DNA of 32,000 nucleotides from Pseudomonas aeruginosa (GTDB lineage Bacteria; Pseudomonadota; Gammaproteobacteria; Pseudomonadales; Pseudomonadaceae): NCBI RefSeq assembly GCF_001457615.1, contig NZ_LN831024.1, positions 4,830,001 to 4,862,000 of the forward strand, read 5' to 3'. Shown piece by piece: positions 26,509 to 32,000 of this stretch (position 1 is its first letter; each line of letters starts with the position of its first letter). The notes under the pieces were generated by a model. It saw only the letters and a program-made list of their open reading frames with translations, ran no database searches and was not told where the DNA came from. The position numbers and the translations under genes were made by a program.

Positions 26509-27336
26509 ATGGACAAACCGGCCTCGCGGCATTTCAGCGTCTTGATCATCGATGATGAACCCCAGGTGACCTCGGAACTCCGCGAACTGCTGGAAAACAG
26601 TGGCTACCGTTGCGTAACCAGCACCCACCGGGAGTCGGCGATCGCCAGCTTCCAGGCCGACCCGAACATCGGCCTGGTCATCTGCGACCTCTACCTGGGG
26701 CAGGACAACGGTATCCGCCTGATCGAGAGCCTCAAGGAAGTCGCCGGCAACGGCAGGTTCTTCGAATCGATCATCCTCACCGGTCACGATGGCCGCCAGG
26801 AAGTGATCGAGGCCATGCGGGTCGGCGCCGCCGACTACTACCAGAAACCGGTGGCGCCGCAGGAACTGCTGCATGGCCTCGAACGCCTGGAGAACCGCCT
26901 GCACGAGCGCGTCCGCAGCCAGTTGAGCCTGAGCCACGTCAACCAGCGCCTGGAATACCTCGCCGAATCGCTGAACTCGATCTACCGCGATATCCACAAG
27001 ATCAAGTACGAGGTACACGGCAACAGCCAGCCGAGTGCCCTCAAGAGCGAAGACAGCCAGCCGTCCGCGCCGCCGGCGTCGGTCGCGGAAAGCCAGGTGT
27101 CCCCGAGCAATCCGCTGTTCGGCAAGCTGTCGCCCCGCCAGCAGGCGGTGGCGCGGCTGGTGAGCAAGGGCCTGACCAACTACCAGATAGCCTACGAGCT
27201 GGGCATCACCGAGAACACGGTGAAGCTGTACGTCTCCCAGGTGCTGCGCCTGATGCATATGCACAACCGCACACAGCTGGCGCTGGCCCTGTCGCCTGCG
27301 GCGATGCAGCAGGGCAGCGGAGCGGTGGTGCACTGA
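26509..27336 (+). CDS. pprB: PprB response regulator (REC domain plus LuxR/FixJ-type HTH)
   Basis: Lies in ORF 26494..27336. The ATG at 26509 has the best spacing to GGAG (26496..26499), giving 275 aa. REC motifs LIIDDE, VICDLYLG and YYQKP. C-terminal HTH LSPRQQAVARLVSKGLTNYQIAYELGITENTVKLYVSQVLRLM. Confidence 0.88.
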   Translation: MDKPASRHFSVLIIDDEPQVTSELRELLENSGYRCVTSTHRESAIASFQADPNIGLVICDLYLGQDNGIRLIESLKEVAGNGRFFESIILTGHDGRQEVIEAMRVGAADYYQKPVAPQELLHGLERLENRLHERVRSQLSLSHVNQRLEYLAESLNSIYRDIHKIKYEVHGNSQPSALKSEDSQPSAPPASVAESQVSPSNPLFGKLSPRQQAVARLVSKGLTNYQIAYELGITENTVKLYVSQVLRLMHMHNRTQLALALSPAAMQQGSGAVVH

Positions 27337-27361
27337 CAGGCGCGATGGCCCGGCGGGCCTG

Positions 27362-29032
27362 CTAGATCAGCAGTTCCGCCCTGCCGACATCGACCTTCAG
27401 AATCTCCGCGTCGATGTATCCAAGTTGTACCCCCAGCAAGGGCAGGACCAGATTCAGGATCGGCGTCAGCAGCCCATCGACCAGAGGTGCCACCACGGAA
27501 TTCACGATGAGGTCGGTGAGCGCCGTCGAGCCGCACAGCAAAGGCAAGCACAGTCCGAGCACCACGGGATTGACGTTGATGCTGGTTTTCAGGGTACTGG
27601 CGAGAAAGCCGCTTTCCGGCAACCTGCGGCTCTGGACGAGATCGGAACCGTCGGCTTTCACGTTGAATCGCGTATCGCCCGAGCTGCCGGCGATCGAGGT
27701 ATCGAGCTTGAGATCCAATCGCACCAAGCCGCCAAGCACCAGAATCGAGCCGACCTGATCGATGTTGGCCGGACTGCCGATCTTTATCGTCGCTCCGCTG
27801 CTTCTCCAACCGAAGTCCAACGCGGTATCCGGGCGGGTACAGGCCATGCTTTTCAGCCAGACGGCTCCCGACGCGCCTTCGATGGCCAGTTGCAGTTTCG
27901 TGGTGGCGAGAATGGACAGGAACCCGGAATCGATGTCCGCCGTAAGTCGTACCTGGGACTGGCGCACCTCCGTGCGCCAGGCACCGCTCTCATCCTGCCC
28001 TGGCGGCCCGGAGACGATCCTCTTCGGCTCTACGACCGTGAGCCGTGCATTGGCCAATCCAGGGATACCCAGGTTCACGGCGACCGCGGAATTCTTGTTG
28101 GCGACCTGGGCAACCGCCATGATGAGATCCAGCGCATTGATCGCCGTATCCAGCTGCGACATGCTGTTCACCTCGCCGGCGCTCAGCCCCAGCAAGTCTC
28201 CCAGTTTCAACGTGGCCGACTTTACCCCCACCAATTGCGCTCTCAGGGCCTCGACCGAGGCTACGCCGTTCTTCGCCAGGACGTTCACGCTGGCGGCGAG
28301 TACCTGCTGCAAGCCGACGTTGGTATTCAACAACTGTTCGATGGTCCCCAGGCTGGTATCGACCCCGATCAAGCCCATTCCATCCGCGCCGAGAATGTCC
28401 AGCACACTGAGCTTCGCGTCGGCGATACCGTTGTAGGCCGCCGCCGAGAGATCGATGTGGGTGCCCAGCAATCCGCTCAGGATGGGGTTGAGCAACGCCG
28501 ATTGGCCACTGTTCACGCTCGCCAGCCCCGTGCCTGCGGAAATCGTGGCGTTCGGCAGGCGTCGCGCCACAGCCTCTGCGCGGAGATCGACGTTGGCATT
28601 GCCGCCGCCGAACAGTCCCCCGAGGTTGGCGACCAGGCTGCCGGGAACGCTCTTGGTCACCTCGACATGCACCGCCTCGTTGGCGGCAGCCGCGTTCGAC
28701 GCGCTGGCTATGAAACTGCGCAGGCCGCCGGCACTCAGCACGCCGCCGACCTCCGCCGACAGGCTGGAGCCGGCGGCGTCCGCATCGAACCCGTTGAGCA
28801 TCGCGCTGGCCTTGGCGAAAGACGTCGCCTGGGCAGAACTCTGGTCGCCGCACAAGGCTCCCTGGGAGGCACTCTCCAGCGCCGCCACGTCCGCCACTCG
28901 CTGCAGGTTGCGCTGCTCCAGGTAGAGCCGCCCGGTATCCACCACCAGCAACAGGCAGATCAAGGCCAGCAGCAGGGTGGTCGCCGCCAGGATGCCGATC
29001 GCCCCGCGCTGTCTTGCAGGCCATCCGTTCAT
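27362..29032 (-). CDS. tadG: TadG-like Flp pilus assembly protein
   Basis: 556 aa. The N-terminal TadE/G-like segment is QRGAIGILAATTLLLALICLLLVVDTGRLYLEQRNLQRVADVAALE. GGAGGGG lies upstream of the ATG. It is last in the tad operon, convergent with pprB. Confidence 0.85.
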   Translation of the reverse strand: MNGWPARQRGAIGILAATTLLLALICLLLVVDTGRLYLEQRNLQRVADVAALESASQGALCGDQSSAQATSFAKASAMLNGFDADAAGSSLSAEVGGVLSAGGLRSFIASASNAAAANEAVHVEVTKSVPGSLVANLGGLFGGGNANVDLRAEAVARRLPNATISAGTGLASVNSGQSALLNPILSGLLGTHIDLSAAAYNGIADAKLSVLDILGADGMGLIGVDTSLGTIEQLLNTNVGLQQVLAASVNVLAKNGVASVEALRAQLVGVKSATLKLGDLLGLSAGEVNSMSQLDTAINALDLIMAVAQVANKNSAVAVNLGIPGLANARLTVVEPKRIVSGPPGQDESGAWRTEVRQSQVRLTADIDSGFLSILATTKLQLAIEGASGAVWLKSMACTRPDTALDFGWRSSGATIKIGSPANIDQVGSILVLGGLVRLDLKLDTSIAGSSGDTRFNVKADGSDLVQSRRLPESGFLASTLKTSINVNPVVLGLCLPLLCGSTALTDLIVNSVVAPLVDGLLTPILNLVLPLLGVQLGYIDAEILKVDVGRAELLI

Positions 29033-29056
29033 GCCCTGCCCCTCCGCCAGGAACCG

Positions 29057-29341
29057 TCAGTTCTTGCTCTCGCCGAAGCCGCGATCTTCCAGCAGGTACT
29101 CGGGAATCTCGTGCTCATAGCTTTTCAGGTAGCGCTGGTAGGCACGCTGGCGCTCGGCGGCGGTCGCGCTTTGCCGAACCGGGCTGGCGGCCCGGCCGGT
29201 CGCCTGGATGGCCAGCCAGGCGCGGGTGGCGGTCTGCGGTTCGGCCGTCGCTGGCGCGGCAGGACGGACCGCCGGCGTGTCCGCGGCCCAGGCCGTGCCG
29301 GACAGGAGCAGCAAGACGCCGAACAGGATTCGCTCGTGCAT
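29057..29341 (-). CDS. Small secreted protein of unknown function (DUF3613-like) within the tad operon
   Basis: 94 aa. Signal peptide MHERILFGVLLLLSGTAWA/AD. GGAGAGG lies upstream of the ATG. It is packed between tadD (22-nt gap) and tadG (24-nt gap). Confidence 0.75.
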   Translation of the reverse strand: MHERILFGVLLLLSGTAWAADTPAVRPAAPATAEPQTATRAWLAIQATGRAASPVRQSATAAERQRAYQRYLKSYEHEIPEYLLEDRGFGESKN

Positions 29342-29363
29342 GGTTCACCTCTCCGGCGCCGGC

Positions 29364-30101
29364 TCAGGGCGCCTCGTTGGCCATCGCGGTATGCATATTC
29401 GCCTCCGCCGGCAGTTCCGCCAGCGGGTCGTCGCTTGCCGGCGCCGCGCCGGGTGTCGGTACGGCACCCCAGCTGCGCGCCCGCGCCTCGGCCGCGCGGA
29501 TGTCCCGGGCATTCAGCTGCAAACGCTCGATCAGGCGCTGCGCATCTTCCCGGTCGCCTTGCAGGTACAGCAGGCCGAGCAGGTTGGTCGCCGGCAGCTT
29601 GCCACCCTGCTGCAACTCCAGCGCAGTGATGAATTCGAAGCGCGCGCCGACACGGTCGCCGCGCTTGAGCAGGGCGACCCCCAGGTCGTTGCGGAAGCGG
29701 CTCTCGGTCGGCCGCAGGCGCGCCGCCTCGCGCAGCTCGAGGACCGCCCGGGCGCTGTCGCCATTGCGCAGGGCGAGCAAGCCGAGGCCGTGGTGCGCCT
29801 CGGGTGCCTTGCAGGTTTCCAGCAGGGCCTGGTACTCGGCCCTGGCCCGCGGGTCGCCGATCCGGCGCAGGATCAGCGCCCTTTCCTCGCGCACGTCGAG
29901 CAACCCCGGCGGCATGCTTTCCAGGTTGGCCAGGGCCGCATGCAGGCGGCCCTCGCGGATCATGTCGCGGACCATGTTCATCTGCAGTTCCTGCTCCTGG
30001 CCGAGCTGCTGCGAACACTCCCGTGGGCCGTCCCGCCCCGGCAGCGCGGCGCAACCGCCGAGCAGGGCGGCGCACAGGCCGATGCCGATCAGTGCTTTCA
30101 T
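29364..30101 (-). CDS. tadD: TadD, TPR-repeat outer-membrane lipoprotein of the Tad secretion system
   Basis: The start ATG at 30101 lies within the merged ORF 29364..31115 and is preceded by GGGAGGA. Lipobox LLGGC in MKALIGIGLCAALLGGCA. TPR-like repeats are present (GLGLLALRNGDSARAVLELREAARL, NDLGVALLKRGDRVGARFEFITALEL). The ATG overlaps the tadC stop (ATGA). Confidence 0.85.
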   Translation of the reverse strand: MKALIGIGLCAALLGGCAALPGRDGPRECSQQLGQEQELQMNMVRDMIREGRLHAALANLESMPPGLLDVREERALILRRIGDPRARAEYQALLETCKAPEAHHGLGLLALRNGDSARAVLELREAARLRPTESRFRNDLGVALLKRGDRVGARFEFITALELQQGGKLPATNLLGLLYLQGDREDAQRLIERLQLNARDIRAAEARARSWGAVPTPGAAPASDDPLAELPAEANMHTAMANEAP

Positions 30102-31009
30102 CCCAGTCCTCCCAAGGCCTTGGTGATGGCAATGACGCCCGGACCGGCGAGGACGATCAGCAGCGCCGGGAACAGCAGCACCATCATCACCAGGCTCATC
30201 TTCGCCGACAGCTTGCCGATGCGTTCCTGCAAGGTGGTCAGGCGCCGGTCTTCGAACAGTTGCTTGAGCGTCAGCAGGGTGCTGCGCGCACTGCCGCCCT
30301 GGCGCAACATCTGCCGTAGCACGCCGCAGCAGTCGTTCAGCGGGTCCACCTGCAGGCGCCGGGCAAGCGCCTCCAGCTCTTCCGCCAGGTCGATGCCGTT
30401 GTCGGCACGGGTCAGCGCCAGGTCCAGCTCGCGGGCCAGTTGCGGGGTGATCCCGCGGCCTTCCAGGCAGACCACGCGCAGCGTCTGCTCCACGGTCAGG
30501 CCGGCGTCGAAGAGGATGCGGATCAGTTGCACGAACAGGATCATCTCGTCGGCGATCAGCGCCCGGCGCGCCTTGGCGAAGTGCTTGAGCACCTGCTTGG
30601 GCAGGAGGAAACCGATGCCGGCGGCGAACAGCAGCGGCACCGCGTAGGACGCCTCGCTCTCGGCGCGCAGCAGCTTGACCAGCAAGACCAGGAGAACGAA
30701 CAGCAGCGGCGTGAGGAACACCGAGATCAGGTACAGGGTCCGGTAGCGACTCTCGTGCCAGCCGGCCTGTTGCAGCAACTGGCGGGCCTCGCTGTCCATC
30801 AGTTGCAGGCGCCGCACCCAGAAGCTGTCGTCCATCCGCTCGGTCATGCCGGCCAGCCACCTGGTCGAGCCGCCAGGGTTGGCCAGCGCTCCCAGGCGCC
30901 TCTCGATCAGGCGCTGCTCGCGGCTGCCGTTGCGCGCCTGGAGCAACAGCAACAAGGCACCGCCGACCGCCATCAGGAGCGCCGCGAAAATCAGCCACTG
31001 TGCCTGCAT
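30098..31009 (-). CDS. tadC: TadC, inner-membrane platform protein (T2SS-F domain)
   Basis: Lies in ORF 30098..31015, which opens with a GTG. I prefer the ATG at 31009 because AGGAGG lies 5 nt upstream of it. Hydrophobic N-terminal helix, a cytoplasmic GspF-like domain, and C-terminal helices LVMMVLLFPALLIVLAGPGVIAI. Confidence 0.85.
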   Translation of the reverse strand: MQAQWLIFAALLMAVGGALLLLLQARNGSREQRLIERRLGALANPGGSTRWLAGMTERMDDSFWVRRLQLMDSEARQLLQQAGWHESRYRTLYLISVFLTPLLFVLLVLLVKLLRAESEASYAVPLLFAAGIGFLLPKQVLKHFAKARRALIADEMILFVQLIRILFDAGLTVEQTLRVVCLEGRGITPQLARELDLALTRADNGIDLAEELEALARRLQVDPLNDCCGVLRQMLRQGGSARSTLLTLKQLFEDRRLTTLQERIGKLSAKMSLVMMVLLFPALLIVLAGPGVIAITKALGGLG

Positions 31010-31018
31010 GGCCACCTC

Positions 31019-31903
31019 CTAGACGCTCTTGAGCATGCGCCACAGCGCATAGCAGCCGAGCAGTTGCAGCCCGAGCGAGGCCAGGAGCAGGAAACGCCCG
31101 GTGCCGTCGGCCCACATGTTCAGCAGATAGCCCGGGTTGCTCGCCAGGATGTAGCCGCCCAGGGCGCTCGGCACGCCGGCCAGGACATAGGCGCTGATCC
31201 GTGTCTCGCCGGTCATCGCGTGCAACTGCCGGCTGAGCTTCTCGCGCTCGTGGATGAGCTTGACGATGCTGTCCAGCAGGTCGCTGGTATTGCCGCCATA
31301 ACGGTGGTTGACCGAGACGCCCAGGGCGAGGATGCGCAGCTCCTCAACCTCGTAGAGTTCGGCGACTTCCTGCAACGCCTCCGGCAGGTGGATGCCGAGA
31401 AGCACGTGGTTGCGCGCCAGGGTGAAGATGTCGCGCAGCGGCTCCTCGGCATTCTCCACTGCCTGCATTAGCGCGTCGCCCAGCGTGCGCCCGGCGTGCA
31501 GGCTGCGCACTACCTGGTCGAGGAAACGCGGCATCTGCCGGATCATTCGCTTCAGGCGGCGCTGGTAGAGCATGCCCAGGGCGACGCGGCAGGACAGCGC
31601 CGCCAGTAGCAGGCCGCCTAGCGCGCCGACGATGCCGAACAGGCGTAATCCGCTCCAGACCAGCAGCAGCGCAAGCACTGCCGCCCCGAACAACCACGGA
31701 CGCGGGCGCTGGATACCGGCGCGACGCATCTGGCGAGCCAGCCAGTGACTGCTGCGCGGCCGCACCGCGACCGCCTCCTGGCGTCCCAGCAGCCGTTCAA
31801 CCACCAGTTCGTTGCGCCCGGCGCGCCAGCCCATGAACGCCAGGGCCAGCGCGGCGAAAGCCAGCACGCCGCTGAACAGCACCAGCAGTTGCGCGCCGTT
31901 CAC
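31019..31903 (-). CDS. tadB: TadB, inner-membrane platform protein (T2SS-F domain)
   Basis: 294 aa with a GTG start at 31903 that overlaps the upstream gene's TGA (GTGA). GspF-like organisation paralogous to TadC. The stop is 3 nt from the tadC GTG. Confidence 0.85.
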   Translation of the reverse strand: MNGAQLLVLFSGVLAFAALALAFMGWRAGRNELVVERLLGRQEAVAVRPRSSHWLARQMRRAGIQRPRPWLFGAAVLALLLVWSGLRLFGIVGALGGLLLAALSCRVALGMLYQRRLKRMIRQMPRFLDQVVRSLHAGRTLGDALMQAVENAEEPLRDIFTLARNHVLLGIHLPEALQEVAELYEVEELRILALGVSVNHRYGGNTSDLLDSIVKLIHEREKLSRQLHAMTGETRISAYVLAGVPSALGGYILASNPGYLLNMWADGTGRFLLLASLGLQLLGCYALWRMLKSV

Positions 31904-32000
31904 AGCAGCGCCTGGCGGAATTTCTGCCCGACCGGCGCGGCCTGGCGGACGAACTGCCCGCTACCGCGCCGGTCGAGACTGAACAGCGTATTGGTGACGT
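31900..32000 (-). CDS. tadA: 3' end of tadA/cpaF-type secretion ATPase (partial, continues beyond the window)
   Basis: My manual translation of the minus strand gives ...VTNTLFSLDRRGSGQFVRQAAPVGQKFRQALL*, ending at the TGA 31902..31900. This resembles CpaF/TadA C-termini, and synteny (tadA-tadB-tadC) supports the call. Only 33 codons are visible. Confidence 0.6.
   Translation of the reverse strand, partial: VTNTLFSLDRRGSGQFVRQAAPVGQKFRQALL

Noticed and set aside
27337-27361. Small hairpin GGCCC-GGC-GGGCC between convergent pprB and tadG, considered as a terminator.
   Set aside because: It has only a 5-bp stem and no U- or A-tract, which is too weak to call. It is noted only as a possibility.
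25801-29032. Considered calling the AT-rich fppA/pprB region or the whole tad-ppr segment a genomic island or mobile element.
   Set aside because: No integrase, transposase, tRNA attachment site, flanking direct repeats or IS ends are visible in the window. Only the compositional anomaly is reported, as a finding.
30102-31115. N-terminal 338 residues of the 583-aa ORF 29364..31115, which would make a giant TadD.
   Set aside because: This part overlaps tadC out of frame and is Arg/Ala/Pro/Gly-rich junk. A lipoprotein signal peptide with a strong SD begins at the internal ATG 30101, coupled to the tadC stop.
1-32000. Scan for CRISPR arrays, tRNA/rRNA genes, toxin-antitoxin pairs and known defence-system signatures.
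   Set aside because: There are no regularly spaced repeats and no tRNA-like cloverleaf regions in the few intergenic gaps. No small paired ORFs or defence-associated domains are present. All sizeable ORFs are accounted for by the annotated genes.

Overview
High-GC chromosomal window. The protein sequences and gene order match what I recall for Pseudomonas aeruginosa PAO1, roughly PA4281 to PA4302. This is recognised from memory and was not checked against a database.

Layout, left to right:
- 1-260: two tandem rRNA-type sigma70 promoters on the minus strand, firing leftward out of the window.
- sbcD-sbcC (+), convergent with a translationally coupled recC-recB-recD operon (-).
- An orphan LplA-fold ligase gene just upstream of recC.
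- An EamA transporter gene divergent from an AraC regulator, followed by chrA.
- A chemoreceptor gene with an unusual domain order.
- A small unknown ORF, then a PitA-type phosphate transporter gene.
- The right third is one end of the Flp/Tad pilus locus with its embedded PprAB two-component system: pprA, tadF, fppA, pprB, tadG, a DUF3613-like gene, tadD, tadC, tadB and the 3' end of tadA.

I found no rRNA or tRNA genes, CRISPR arrays, IS elements, integrases or phage genes. I do not see a convincing novel multi-gene system.

Observations most worth a second look:
- An apparent frameshift splits the pprA sensor kinase gene close to its 5' end.
- The chemoreceptor carries its putative sensor domain C-terminal to the signalling domain, and shares a CTAG stop overlap with chrA.
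- A low-GC patch surrounds fppA and the pprB promoter.
- Several genes sit in conspicuous positions without a characterised function: the LplA-like gene next to recC, an 83-aa ORF before pitA, and a small secreted protein inside the tad operon.

The many long ORFs antisense to real genes are GC-content artefacts.
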